A DNA stretch of 64,000 bases, from the NCBI RefSeq assembly GCF_030028105.1, contig NC_092371.1, positions 132,252,766 to 132,316,765 on the forward strand, in the 5' to 3' direction. Under the pieces are notes generated by a model. The model ran no database searches. It saw only the letters and a list, made by a program, of their open reading frames with translations, and was not told the DNA's origin. The stretch is from Mobula birostris. Its lineage: Eukaryota. Shown piece by piece: positions 26,201-39,155 of this stretch; within the stretch, counting starts at the first letter, position 1, and each line of letters opens with the position of its first letter. The position numbers and the translations under genes are program-made.

Positions 26201-26979
26201 CAGGACAAACATGGCCTAGAACATAATGACTTTTTTAGGTACCTTCAAGTACGAAACTATGTTAACCAGAGTTGTAGATATACAGACCTATAAACAGTAG
26301 AATTAGAATTTTTCAAGATTCTGAATTCGGCTTGCAGTTCAATACCTAGTAAATCAGTTTCTCGATTATATAATGCACTCTCCCATGCTAAAAATGTAAA
26401 TACACTGTATATTAAAGAGAAGTGGGAGAAAGAAGCGGGGTTGGTACTTTCAGAGGAGGCTTGGGGGAAAATCTGCAGCTTTCAATGGTCCTCGACTAAT
26501 TCTTTGACTTGGAGAGAACATTGTTGGAAAAACATTATAAAATACTTCCAAGACCCCATATCAGGAAAAATATAAAGATACAAATGTGCGGCTCCAAGGA
26601 GGCAAATCATTTTCATATTTTCTGGGATTGCCCTAAATTAAGTCTATATTGGGAAGGTATTCATAGAACATTAGTTAAGGTACTTGGGTCCCAGATACCT
26701 CTGAACTTTGAGACGCTCTATTTGGGGCATGTATTGTTTCTTGAACAGAAGGAAGATATAAAGTTGCTGCAGGCCCTCTTAGCGGCAAGTAAGAAATCAA
26801 TCACTAGAAAATGGCTAAATCCAATACCACCTACATTAGAAGATTGGTACGAAATTATCTTGGAAATATTTCAAATGGAAAAGTTGACTTACTCCCTGGG
26901 AATTCAAAAAGAAAAATTTTATCAAATCTGGAATAAATGGATTGAATATATAACCCCAATACGAGCAGACTTTAGATGA
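23208..26979 (+). pseudogene. L1 ORF2p (endonuclease and RT), disrupted
   Basis: SYNVNG, LQET, GGDFN, SDH, YRPIS, GTRQGCP and LFADD motifs. Stops at 23823, 24345 and 26291; frameshifts near 24620 and 26540. Confidence 0.9.
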
Positions 26980-28512
26980 CTCTCCTAATGATTTATACTG
27001 CTCTTCTCATCAACACAGTAATATTGCTAACATAAGCACCCCTAGTCTAAATGTTTGTTTTTTTGGTTTTGTTTTCTTTTGGAAAATAGAGAATTAACAC
27101 AAGTAAAGGGAAAGATTTGGGAAAGGGATAAAAAAATGAAAAAATTAAGTAAATAAGTACATAGGGATTGGATAATTATGTCTGCGGGCAGGAGCAAGCA
27201 TGAACAAATTAGGATATAAACACCTACAATGGTTGTTACATAGGCTTATATACAACATTTTGGACCAGTGGAAATGGTCCAGAAGGGTTATATGGAAACT
27301 ATTACCATTTATCTTAACAACTAATACCATTACTTAGCCTAATAGGTTAGATTTACCACAGTACATAATTATCTATTTAAGTGTTTATTTTCCTTTTGTA
27401 TCATCTCAATGTGTACTTAAGAATGTATAAATAATTGTAGTTTTATACATATAAAAAAAATGGAAAAGGTTATATGTGTGAAAAAAGTACATGATATTTG
27501 TGAATTCCTTATCCAAATGAAAATAAAATTTAAAAAAAAAGGTAGAAAACAACACCATGCATGTGATACGGCCCTGCATATTCAAATAGAATCCTCACCT
27601 AAACTGGTGCTTTAAACATTGCACCAGCTGGCTGCAAGCGATTATTTTGCAGTATTGGAGGCTTAAAAGTGCACTGAGGTGGATAAATTCCCCAGGCTTG
27701 ACCTTGTGCATTCAGACATTGTAGAGGGCTGGAAGGAGGGAGGCTGCAGAGCCCCTTGCAGAGATAATTGCTTCTTCTCTGGCTACAGGCAATGTTCTGC
27801 AGGGGTATTGAGTGGCTGATGGTTTAAAATGGGTAGCAAAAACAAATCAGGAAACTGCAAACTGGTGGGTCTGGCATCAATGCTGGAGGAAATACTGTGG
27901 AACAGGATCAGCTGAAATTTAGAGAGAGTGATTTGGGACATTCTGATTTGGGCTTTGTAAATGAGAGGTCATGTCTGGCAAATCTCTAGGATGTCTTTGA
28001 GGAGGCAACACAAGGGAGGAGTTTCAGATTTCTGGATCATTGGGATCTTTTCTGGAGAAAGAATTACAGGTAACACCTGGACCTGACAGAGACCAATATC
28101 CTTACAGGCAGGTTTGGTAGAGCTGTCGGCGAGGGTTTAAACTAATTTGGTTGGGGAATGGGAGCCAGAATGATAGGACAAAATTGCAGTCAGTGGGATG
28201 AGTTAAAGTTTAACAGAGGACCAAAATCAAAAAGGATAATGAATACAGGACTGAAGGTATATTTTAAATGCAATCAATATATGGAATAAGGCAGATGATT
28301 TTGTAGAACACTTAGAGATCAGCAGTTATGCTGTTGTGGATATCACTGAATTGTGGCTGAAGAATGAAAGATCATAGATGAGAGCTTACATCCAATGATA
28401 CACATTGTATTGAAAGGGCAGGCAGGTAGGCAGAGGGAGTGAGGTGACTCTGTTGGTAAAAAAAAAATGAAAACAATTCTTTAGACCGGTGACATAGGAT
28501 CAGAAGATGCAG

Positions 28513-28711
28513 GGCTGGCTGGTGGCGCAATGACATTGGCGCTGGACCCGGGAGCAGAGGTTCCCGGGTTCGAAACCAGTTGGGTCCACTTTAGACTACG
28601 CTTTCCATCCGTGCCGGGTTGAGTATCGAGATCACAACTCGACCTCGTAAAATAAAAGGGAAAATACTGCGCGCACAGAGTCGCACGCACGCAGGCACAC
28701 GCCAAAAAAAA
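28513..28711 (+). mobile_element. Young tRNA-derived SINE with poly(A) tail and 17-bp TSD
   Basis: A box TGGCGCAATGAC, B box GGTTCGAAACC and an A-tail. TSD AGGATCAGAAGATGCAG at 28496-28512 and 28712-28728. Confidence 0.88.
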
Positions 28712-29975
28712 AGGATCAGAAGATGCAGAGTCCTTGTGGGTAAAGAGGGCAGTGTTGTGATAATCATGGATGATTTCAATATGCAGTTAGATTGGGATAA
28801 TCAGGTTGGTGCCAAGAGAGGGAATTTGTAGAATGCTTATGAAATGACTCTTTAGAGCAGCTTGTGGTTGAGCCCACTAGGGGAATGGCAATTCTGGATT
28901 GGGTGTTATGTAATGAACCAGATTTGATTAGAGAGGTTGAGGTAAAGGCACCCTTAGGAGGAAATGATCGTAATATGATAGAATTCACCCACTAGTTTGA
29001 GAAGGAGAAGCTAAAATTAGATGCATCAGTATCAGTATTACAGTGGAGTAAAGGGAATTACAGAGGTATAAGAGATGCAGAAAGTTGACTGCGATGGGAC
29101 ACTAGCAAGAATGACAGCAGAACATCAATGCTGGAATTTCTGGGAGAAATTTGGAAGGTGCAAGAAAGGTGCATCCAAAAAATGAAGTATTCTAAAAGGA
29201 GGATGAGGCAACCGTAGCTGAGAAGGGAAGGTCAAAGACAACATAAAAGAGAGAGAGTGCATATAGCAAAAATTTGTGGGAAGGTAAGGATTGCAAAGCT
29301 TTTAAAAACGGATGGCAACTAAAAATGAAACAAGTAGAAAAAAGATGAAATATGAAGATAAGCTACTAATAATATAAAAAGTGGATACATTTTTTTTCCA
29401 GATATATAAAGAGTAAAAGAGGCAAGAGTTTATATTGGACCGGTGCAGAGATAATAATAGGAGACAAAGAAATGGCAGACAAACTTAAGAAGTATTTTGC
29501 AACAGTCTTCACTTTGGAAGACACAAGCGGAATGCCAGAAGTGTGAATGTCAGAGGGCAGAAGTGAGTATTGTTGGAATAGGGAGATAAGTTACCTGAGC
29601 CAGATGGACTGCACCACAGGATTCTGAAAGAGGTAGCTGAAGAGATTGTGGAGGCATTAGTAATCATCTTTCAAGAATCACTTGATTCTCAAATGGTTCT
29701 GGAGGACTGGAGAATTGCAAATGTCATTCCACTCTTCACAGGGAGGAGGCAGAAGAAAGAAAATTATAGGCCAGCTACCCTGCCATCAGTGGTTGGTAAT
29801 ATGTTGGAGTCTATTATTAAGGATTAGGTTTCAGAATACTTGGAGGTACATGATAAAATAGGCCAAAGTCAGCATTGTTTTCTAAAAGAGAAATCTTGCC
29901 TGACAAATCTATTGGAATTATTTGAGGAAGTAACAGGCAGGATAGACAAAGGAGAGTCAGTGCATATTTATTTAG

Positions 29976-30192
29976 ATATACAGTACAGTAACAGGCCCTT
30001 CTGGCCCAAAGAACCTGCACCACTCAATTAGCCCACTTAACCGTACATCTCTGGAATGCAGTAGGAAACTGGAGCACCCGGGGGAAATCCACAAGGAGAA
30101 CACACAAACTCCCCACAGAACGTGGCAGAATTGAACCTGGGTCACTGGCACTGTATAGCATTATGCTAATCACTACACTATCATGCCACCCA
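29976..30192 (-). mobile_element. HE1/V-SINE-like SINE
   Basis: Same core as 1-135; interrupts a CR1 RT region. Confidence 0.65.
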
Positions 30193-32822
30193 TGCATTCC
30201 ACTGCATCTAAGTAAACTGTTGTTTATTTAGATTTTCAGAAGGCCTCTGACAAGGTGCCACATACGATGTTGTTTAGCAAGATAAGAGCCCATGGTATCA
30301 CAGGAATGATAGGAACATGGATAGAAGATTGGCTGACTGGCAGGAGGCAGAGTGGGAATAAAAGGGGCCTTTTCTGGTTGGCTGCCAGAAATTAGTGGGT
30401 CAGTTTTGGGACTACTTCTTTTCACGTTATATGTTAATGATCTGAATGATGAAAGTGATGGCTTTGTGGCCAAGTTTTCAAACAATACAAAGACAGGTAG
30501 TGTTGAGAAGGAGGGTGTCTGCAGAAGGATGAAGACAAATTGAGAGACTGGCAAAGAAGTGGAACACAGTGTAGGAAGGTGCATGGTTATGCACTTTGAC
30601 AGAAGGAATACAGGACTATTGTCTAAATGGGGAGAAAATTCAAATATCAAAGGTGCAAAGGGACTTGGGAGGCTTTATGCAGGATTCCCTTAAGATTAAT
30701 TTGCAGGTTGAGTCAGTGGAAAGGAAGACAAATGCATGTTAGTATTTATTTCAAGAGGACTAGAATACCAAAGCAAGGATGTAATGCTGAGGCTTTATAA
30801 GGCATTGATCAAACTATACAGGAGAATTGTGAGCAGTTTCGTGCCCCTTATCTAAAATATGCGATGGCGTTGATGAGGGTCCATAGGTGATTCATGAGAA
30901 TGATCCCAAGAATAAAAGGGTTAACATATGAGGAAGATTTGATGGCTCTGGGCCTGTACTCATTGGAGTTTAGAATGGGGGGGGGGGGAAGAATCCCATG
31001 AAACCTATCAAACATTGAAAGGACTAGATAGTGTGGATGTGGAGAGGATGTTTCCTATAGTGGTGAAGTCTAGTACCGAAGGGCACAGCCTCAAGAATTG
31101 AGGGACATCCATTAAGGATGGGGATGAGGAAAAAATTTCTTTAGCCAGAGAGTGGTGAATCTGTGGAATTCATTGACACAGATGGCCATGCAGGGCAAGT
31201 CATTGGGTATACTCATTGGGTTTTGATTAATCAGGGCGTCAAAGGTTACGGGGAGAAGGCAGGAGATTGGGTTGAAAGGGATAATAAATCAGCCAAGATG
31301 AAATGCAGAGCAGACTGGAAGGGCTGAATGGCCCAATTCTGCTCTTGTGTCTTACGGTAGCCAAAAGGTTAGATGAGGGCAGGACAGTTTTATGTTAAAT
31401 ATGTACAGTTTTGCACAACTTTGACAAGGTCCCTCATGGCAGTCTAGTCCGGAAGGTTAGATTGCAAGGGATCCAAGGGAGATAATAGATCGGTTTCATA
31501 ATTGTCTTTGTGGCAGGAAGGTCCAACCCTCAGTGATCGTTGAGGGTTGCCTGTGATTAGTGGTGTCCTACAGGGGTTGGTGCTGGGAGCTTTGTTAAAA
31601 TTCATATAAATGATTTTGCTGTGAATGTACAAGCCATGGTTCGTAAGTTTGCACATGATACTAATATAGCTAATGTAGCAGAAAGTATACAGGTTAATGA
31701 AAAATTACAAGGGATCTTAATTAGCTACGTATGTGGGTTAAGGATTAGCAAATGGTTTACAATACACATAAATGCCAAGTCTTGCATTTTGGGAGCTCAA
31801 ACCAGGGTAGAATGGTCGGGTCCTTGGATGTTATAGAATAGAGGGACCTAGGAGTTTAGGTACCTAGTTAGAATAGTGATGAAGGCATTTGTCAGGCTAA
31901 CCTTCCTCAATCAGGACATTATATGAGTTGCAAAGTTACATTACACCAAGACATTGGTGAGGCTGCATTATGTAGTTTGATCACCCTGTTATAGAAAAGA
32001 TGCTAATACACTAGAAAAAGTGCAGAAAAGATGAACATTGAATATACCAGAATATTGCTTGTACTTGGGGGCCTGACTCACAAGGAGACATTGCATGGAC
32101 TAGAACTTCATTCCCAGGAACTATATAGTCCTAAACCTCCTTATGACAGCTAGTGAAGAGGTCTGCACTGCTATAAAATGAGTCCTGCTGCTATTTTGTT
32201 GATCATAGTGGCTATATACAACACAGGGGTGCAGAACAAAAGCAGATTTTACATAAAGTGGCAGAGAATGAACCTTCTGATTGGTGGGGATAGATACCAG
32301 ATACTGGGATGCACTGTTAAGCAACTGATAACTATGTTCTCATTGTGTTGGCTACAATAGTGGTGATCTACCTATCCAAGTAGCACTGTATCTAGGTGAC
32401 ATCTTATGTGGGACCACAAGACAGCAAAGGCCCCTATAGCTATCTCCAAGTTCCCCTTAACTAAACTTCCAAAAGAAACAGAGCAAGAAGCTCCCTATGC
32501 CTTAATGAACACACAGTATGATCAAGAGCCATCTTGGCTGTCCTTGAGGACAAAAGAGGAGAGTGTAGAAGAACATAAATAACATGGTTGCATAAGGTTT
32601 AATGATTAACCACACATCCTTGCTACAGCACCACCATTTTTGTCATAATCTTTGTCTGTATGCATCTGACCACTATGTGATGAAGCACAGTTCACGGAAA
32701 GTTAATGAACAAGAAATCAAGTTTGCTAGAGCTTCGTGCTTTCCCTTAACTGCTCCCTTGCTAGCAAGATAATAAAAGGATTTCGCTGTTAACAGTCAGT
32801 GTGGAGATTATTTACAAGTCAC

Positions 32823-33113
32823 ACACGTGGCCAATTGGTTAAGGCATTGGACTAGCGATCTGAAGGTTGTGAGTTCGATCCCCAGCCAAGGCAGCGTATT
32901 GTCTCCTTGAGCAAGGCACGTAACCGCACAGTGCTCTGCGATGACACTGGTGCCAAGCAGTATCGGCCCTTGCCCCTCCCTTGGACAACATCAGTCTCGT
33001 GGAGAGGGGAGACTTGTCTTCCATACAACCTTGCCCAGGCCTGTGCCCTGGAGAGTGAAGACATTCCAGGTGCAGATCCATGGTCTCGCAAGACTAACGG
33101 GTGCCTTTACTTT
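32823..33113 (+). mobile_element. tRNA-derived SINE (distinct family)
   Basis: A box GTGGCCAATTGG, B box GAGTTCGATCC and core TCCTTGAGCAAGGCAC. Confidence 0.7.
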
Positions 33114-33188
33114 GCACAACTAAAAACAATCCCAAACCCAAAACTCCTTCTAGTGCTACACTTCAAATCCCCCCAAATGAATACTTAC

Positions 33189-33305
33189 AGATGTAGTGAT
33201 CTCGAACTCTGCCAAGACGGACAAGGTCTTTAAGATCATCATGACGAAAAATCTCCCGACTGCAAGTGTCCAATCTTGAGTTCACAACGTTTGCAACTTT
33301 TCTTC
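33189..33305 (-). CDS. POLR1C: POLR1C exon 8
   Basis: (G)[38 protein letters not shown]; 117 nt; GTAAGT donor. Confidence 0.95.
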
Positions 33306-33557
33306 CTAAGACCAAAGGAACATGACTTTTCAACTCCTAAAAATCAATATTTTACATCAGACGAGTCACCGAGATCATCTGGTTCCTTGGTTGTCCCACT
33401 TCAAGTGTTACTAATGCTGGCTAACAATGTGCCAGTGGAAAACTTGTAACAATATGGCATACATAAGGTTTTCCTAGTTTATGCAATCGCACCACATGTA
33501 GGGAAGCTGAAGACAACAGATCTGATGAGACCAGATGTATACCTCTGTATGGTTATT

Positions 33558-33935
33558 TCATTCATTATGTGCCATGTCATATGACGTGGATGATCATGGT
33601 CTTTATTTTGTGACCGTGATTGTTCTTGGCAAGTTTTAACAACTGAAGTGGTTTGCCATTGCCTTCTTCTGGGTAGTGTCTTTACAAGACAGGTGACCCC
33701 AGTCATTATCAATACTCTTCAGAGATTTTATGCCTGGCATCAACGATCACATAACCAGAACCTGTGATATACACCAACTGCTCATACAAACATCCACCAG
33801 CTGCTCCCATAGCTTCACATGACACAGATTCGGGTGCTCAGCAGGTGCTAAACCTCCCAAAGGTGACCTGCAGGCTAGTGGAAGGAAGGAGCGCCTCATA
33901 CCTCCTTTGATAGAAATGCTTCTCCACCCTGCCAA
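33558..33935 (-). mobile_element. SINE with an RTE-type 3' tail
   Basis: Minus strand reads GAAGAAGGCAATGGCAAACCACTTCAGT and ends in (TGAA)n. Confidence 0.55.
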
Positions 33936-34390
33936 CCAATCAGAAAGGTTACATTCCACAAATTCAATAAACTGATGCATTATCAGTACGAATCTTAGAC
34001 TTTACCAGGAACTTGTAACCACAGGGCATTTAGCCCAAAGCCTCGCATCCCACTTTCTCACATTCTTCATCTTTGTCTGCTGCCATGCATCCATACCATC
34101 CACCAAAGCTGCAAGCTCATAAAGGACAGGCAACCTGTATCACTTGGAAATCTTCATTTCTCTGGGTTTGGTTTGAAAATCCAATTCCTAAACTTCTTAT
34201 GTATAATGTCATCAATAGTAGCCTGCATTAAAGAAGGCAAGAATGGAAAAGCTCTTTCTATCCTTGTTCCACTAAATGCACTAAGGAAATTGCAGTCCAA
34301 TGCAGGACCCCCTTCTTAAACGGGACTTCCTGAATATACTATCTCTTCTTATGAAGTATACAATGATTCTCACAGCTCTGGTAAGACTTA

Positions 34391-34833
34391 AGGCTGGTTT
34401 ATACTTCTGCATTAAATGGACACCATAACCTACGCAAGTGGCCTTGTGAGCATTTATATTTGTTCGTTGGTGTGTCTGCGTCGCTCGGCAATTCGTGCAC
34501 GTCACGCATGCGCACTCACCTGCCCGCACAAGGCTTCATGGTCATGGTAGTCTCGAGGTAAACAAGACGCGAGCGTCTCTTTTCGGGCAAAATGTGTCCT
34601 CCATAATTTCAGAGGTCTGTAAAGCTTTATGGAAAGCATTTTAGCCAGAGTTCCTTCCCTACCCTTCAGTCGCCCAATGGGAAGCTATTGCAGCATAGAA
34701 TGACATGCGATGCCACCAAGCAGACCAATCACAGTTGTTGCCTTCTGCGTAGGGTTCCACGTCGGCTTTGCGTAGGGTTTGCAGTGACGCAGACCTTACG
34801 GCAACGCATTGATGCAGAAGTATAAACAAGGCT
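34391..34833. mobile_element. PIF/Harbinger-type MITE
   Basis: TIRs AGGCTGGTTTATACTTCTGC / GCAGAAGTATAAACAAGGCT, flanked by TTA on both sides. Confidence 0.8.
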
Positions 34834-35285
34834 TTAGGTTTAAGTATAAAATACCTTCATTTCATTTATCAATCTTTTAAAGTAACTTGTTTCAAATAAC
34901 TTATATGTCCCCATTTCCCATGCCAATTATTTAAGTTGTCCTGTACAAACCTTTCTTTCACTTCTTCCACTAGAAAGATCCTTCCTTGACATAAATAGCT
35001 TATGATTCTGCACACTTGTACTAAAACCAGATTACAGGAGATGCTGAAAATCTGAAATAAAAAGAGAATGCTGAAAATATTCAGGCAGCATCTCTGAGGA
35101 AAAAAGTTAATGACCTGAAACATCTCTACAGAGATGGTATCTTTCTTGAAGAACATTTACAGTTTTTTGTGTTTATTTATGTTGAGACTCACCTTGTTGT
35201 CCTCTGATCTAAACAGCACATCCAGATCTAGGACACAATTTTAAAAAAAACAGGGATTTCAAATTCAACAGTAGAACTGACTCAC

Positions 35286-35435
35286 CATTCACCATCTCAA
35301 TCTCAATGACACCCGGAGAGAAACACTGCTTGAGTTTCTCTGCAAGCTCCCCTTCTATGGGACTCAGTAGAGTTATTTCAGGTAAAAGTCGGTAGCTTGC
35401 TGTGGCAACAGGAGAGAACTTGGCATGGTCTTTAG
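35286..35435 (-). CDS. POLR1C: POLR1C exon 7
   Basis: (A)[49 protein letters not shown]; TAG acceptor, GTGAGT donor; 150 nt. Confidence 0.95.
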
Positions 35436-35789
35436 CTAGGAAGTGAACACAAAGGACATTATATTCATGCACTATGGTGCAGCTCATATCATGATTTATT
35501 TTGCATTCTTTCCTCAGTTTAATAGTGATATTTTTACACCTGGCACTCCTCCCCCATCCAGTCCTGGACTCCTCAAGAAGAGAAATTATTTTCTCTTCAT
35601 CACCCTACTGGATGCTTTTATATATTTTTTTGAATACACTGCTTAAGCCAAGTGTTGGCCTACTGCTCATAACACAGTAGAGGCCAAGGCCATTTTTCTT
35701 CTCAACAACAAGACCATTCAGTACCTGTACTATTGACCCAAAGAGGACTATTATAAGCAACATGATTCCCTCTCCTACCACTGCCTTAC

Positions 35790-35942
35790 CAATTCCTTTC
35801 ACACAGTGTACGACGACATCAATTTCTTGCCCTGGGCGAAGTTGAGCAATGAGGATATCATCATGCACAGGCCGAATTTCAACCTGCCCAAAAAGATCTG
35901 CCTGGTTCCCAATGGGTACCCACTTCAAGTGCTTGGAGTAGA
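35790..35942 (-). CDS. POLR1C: POLR1C exon 6
   Basis: (V)[50 protein letters not shown]; 153 nt. Confidence 0.95.
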
Positions 35943-36136
35943 CTGAAACGACAAATGGAAGAATGCAGGGCCCGTACTGCAGTATAACTGAATTATGGAA
36001 GAAACATGATGAATCACAAAATTATCAAAACTATAATATTTAGAAAACTTCCAATACCAGTTCATATTGATTTGCATTCATTTCTGGTCTGCCAATTACA
36101 AAAAGGACATAGAGACCATGGTGAGGGCTCATGTGA

Positions 36137-36400
36137 GATTTATTTATTAGAGATACAGCATGGAATAGGTCCTTCTAGCAACCCATGATTTAACCCAGTG
36201 TAATCATGGGACAATTTACAATGACCAATTAAGCTACTAACCAGTATGCCTTTAGACACTGGGAGGAAACTGGAGCATTCTGAGAAAACCCATGCATTCC
36301 ACAGAGAGGACATACAAACTGCTTACAGAGAATGCCAGGATTGAACTCTGATGCCTCCAGCTGTAATAACATCACACTAGCCACTACGCTACCATGAAGC
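36137..36400 (-). mobile_element. HE1/V-SINE-like SINE in POLR1C intron 5
   Basis: Same core, with a TTTATT tail on the left side. Confidence 0.65.
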
Positions 36401-36596
36401 CATTTTCCCTAACTTGAGTTTACAGACCATAATCCCTCTGATTCAGTTTTCTAACACTTGTGAACCTCCCCCTGAATCAACTGATGAGTGTTCATGCAAG
36501 TGTTAGAAAATTCACTATTTCAGTAAGATGTCAACTCATAGAGCTTTAGTGAATAGGGAATGTAAAATAGCAGAACTGTGATTTTCAGATATTTAC

Positions 36597-36716
36597 CTTT
36601 ATGATTTAGGTACAGCTCTTCAGGATCTGAAGAGTCTTTGAGTGCTTTAGGATTTTTGGTACATTTCACTTTCAGGTGGAATTGCAGAGTATCAATCTCT
36701 GTTCCTTCTTCATCTC
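36597..36716 (-). CDS. POLR1C: POLR1C exon 5
   Basis: (G)[39 protein letters not shown]; 120 nt. Confidence 0.95.
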
Positions 36717-37326
36717 CTGAAAAAGTAATAATGCTTAGTCCCCTGAACGTTAGGACACTTCAACATGTTCAAACACAGTAATTTCACTGAAGCACACAGT
36801 GACCCCATTCCTGCATCTGCACTTGACAGCAGAAATGTAGGATACAAGTGGAAATGCTGAAAATACTCAAAAAGTCAGGCAACATCCATGAAGAGAACAA
36901 AAGAGTTAATCAACCCAAGATGTTAACTGCTTTTCTCCATAGATGCTGCCTGACTTCTGGAATATTTTCAATATATTTTGCAGTTATTTCATGTGAAAGT
37001 TGTTTTTTTTTTTAAAAATAGGAGATCTGAGGAAAGGATTTTTCACCTGCTGCCTGAGAAGGTGGTGAAGGCAGGTACACTCGCAAATAAAAGACTACAG
37101 ACAAGATCCCAGTTACAGGGATTAATATAGACAAGTAGAATGGTAAACCTAGATGTGCTGGACTTAAGGATTCATCTCTGTTTTGTATGACTCAGATGCA
37201 GAGATGTTTCTTTGCTGTTTAATGTGTGTTAATAGTACAGCAGCCATTCTACATCAGTCCCACTCAACGGGTATCACATCTGCATATCAGGTGGTGCTGC
37301 TCACTGGGGCAAAACAACTCCCTCAC

Positions 37327-37459
37327 CTGTGCTCCTGTACTCAAACAGTCGTGGGTCCGCTTTGATGGGGATGAGACCCAGTCTGTGTGCCAGAATCTCA
37401 TCCTGAACTATGGAGGTGTTGTTGTAGATAAATGCCTTCTCCACAGCCATGGTTGGGAC
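37327..37459 (-). CDS. POLR1C: POLR1C exon 4
   Basis: [44 protein letters not shown]; canonical splice sites; 133 nt. Confidence 0.95.
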
Positions 37460-38498
37460 CTGAACAACAGCAGAAAGGTTAGATTCACTGCAGTAGAAGT
37501 AATGTATTAAATGTCACCTTTATGACAAGCTCCACAAAGAAAATGCTGGTTAGCAAAACTAATGTCTTCTGGACAAAAGTCAAAGTAACATGAGTATTTT
37601 AAAAATTGGAAATGAAAGTTAAGATAAATATACCAAAGTTGAGACTGAACAATATCAAAATGTTCCCTTGGCATGCACACTGGATTGGAATAAAAAAGTA
37701 ATGTCACAGATGAGACAATATTTAACCAGAACAATTGTAATAGATCATGAGAACATAAATTAACTGAATAAGTAGGCAAGAAGCCAATTAAGTTCTAAAC
37801 GCAGAAGTGTGAAATGAAAATAATTCGGCAGAAGGATAATGAAAGACTTCTTAGGGCATCCAATTCTGTCCACCTCACTTTAGAGAGGATAGGAAGGCCC
37901 AAAAGGTATAGGGTACAGTCGAAAGAGTCCGGAGATGAAAGACTTCAGCGACAGAAGTTGGAGCTCTTTAATAAAGATTTATTATCAAAGTATGTACATG
38001 TTACCACTTGCAGACATCTACATGAAAAAACTACAACAGATTATTCCAAAAAATATACATGGACAGACAGACCAAGTTAAGGATAGATGGACTATAAAGT
38101 ATGAAAACATCACTGCAGTAGAAAATAGAACAGCAGGATTCCTTTTAAAATGGCAAGGGACTGAAAGGTGATCTGTGGTCAGAAGGACAGAGGAGTCCCT
38201 CTGTGTGAATATTGAAAATTAATGTGACTATCATCCACAAACATGAACAAATGGATTTCTGTCAGGCAGTCCATTAATAGATAGAACAAATGGATGTGAC
38301 CACTTTTCAGATCCTTGACAGGTCTCTTCAGTTACATCTCAACTCAGCACAGTAGGGATTTAACTGGGGATCCTACTGGACTGTGAAGTGCAAGAACCTA
38401 GAAAGCTTTTCAACCCAGTCTGCATGTTTCCAATGTGCTCACAGACATTTCAACACATATTGTAACACAAATGCCATAAACAGTTGAATCATATACAG

Positions 38499-38810
38499 CA
38501 GTGGTCCCCAACCTCTGGGCCACAGACTGATACGGAGCCACGAAGAATGCAGCGGTAGCCGGAACGCACCCAGCACATCTTTAAGAAAAAGGCCAAAATA
38601 AACAAGCTAATTCATTAGGTGCCGTCTGGCACATAAATGTCGGCCCAGATCAGAGGTGACACAATCCGCAACCAGGCAGCACCTAATCAATTAGATTATT
38701 TATTTCAACTTTTTTCTTAAAGATGTGCTGGGTGCGTTCCGGCTACCGCTGCACCGCTGCATTCTTTGTGGCTCCGTATCGGTCCGCGGCCCGGAGGTTG
38801 GGGACTACTG
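38499..38810. mobile_element. Palindromic hAT (Charlie-like) MITE
   Basis: TIRs CAGTGGTCCCCAACCT / AGGTTGGGGACTACTG and an 8-bp TSD ATATACAG/ATACACAG. The arms are complementary over about 130 bp. Confidence 0.88.
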
Positions 38811-39047
38811 ATACACAGTATTCAAGGAAATTCCATTAACTTGAAGCACTAACTCCACCGATCCCACATGACCCATTGAGTAAGTCTGTTAGTTTCCATA
38901 TTTATTTCACACATTCAAAGGGTCTCAATGCAAAATGTAAATTATGCACATTAACAACTAAAACATTATGGTAATGCTAATGATCTAAAATGTCTTACGG
39001 CAAATACAATTTATAATTTGCAGCATAACAGCCTGCAGTTTTATTAC

Positions 39048-39155
39048 CTCAGCAAGCAAGATCCTGCGGAAAGCATTTGCAATAGCAGCATTGATTCCAA
39101 TCATGTCAAACTCCAAAGTGTCATCCTCCAACCGAACAATGTCAATCCTAAAATT
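39048..39155 (-). CDS. POLR1C: POLR1C exon 3
   Basis: [36 protein letters not shown], containing the RNAP alpha-like motif; canonical splice sites. Confidence 0.95.

Larger units (their letters stand above)
21735..27536 (+). mobile_element. Near full-length L1-clade LINE (about 5.8 kb) in POLR1C intron 8, antisense to the gene
   Basis: 14-bp TSD AAAAGGTAGAAAAC (21721-21734 and 27537-27550), AATAAA plus an A-tail, ORF1, and ORF2 with APE endonuclease, RT (LFADD) and a C-terminal Cys/His domain. Confidence 0.95.
27660..32110 (+). mobile_element. Cluster of degenerate CR1 LINE segments with nested SINEs
   Basis: SQHCFLKEKSCLTNLLE, LLFTLYVNDL and KFAHDT motifs; CR1 3' tail at about 31360. Confidence 0.7.

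Noticed and set aside
21993-26979. RT plus nuclease ORFs as a novel retron, DGR or defence system
   Set aside because: Standard L1-clade ORF1/ORF2 layout with a TSD, an A-tail and inactivating mutations.
28513-28580. tRNA gene (likewise 32823-32890)
   Set aside because: A and B boxes are present but there is no complete cloverleaf, and both continue into SINE bodies.
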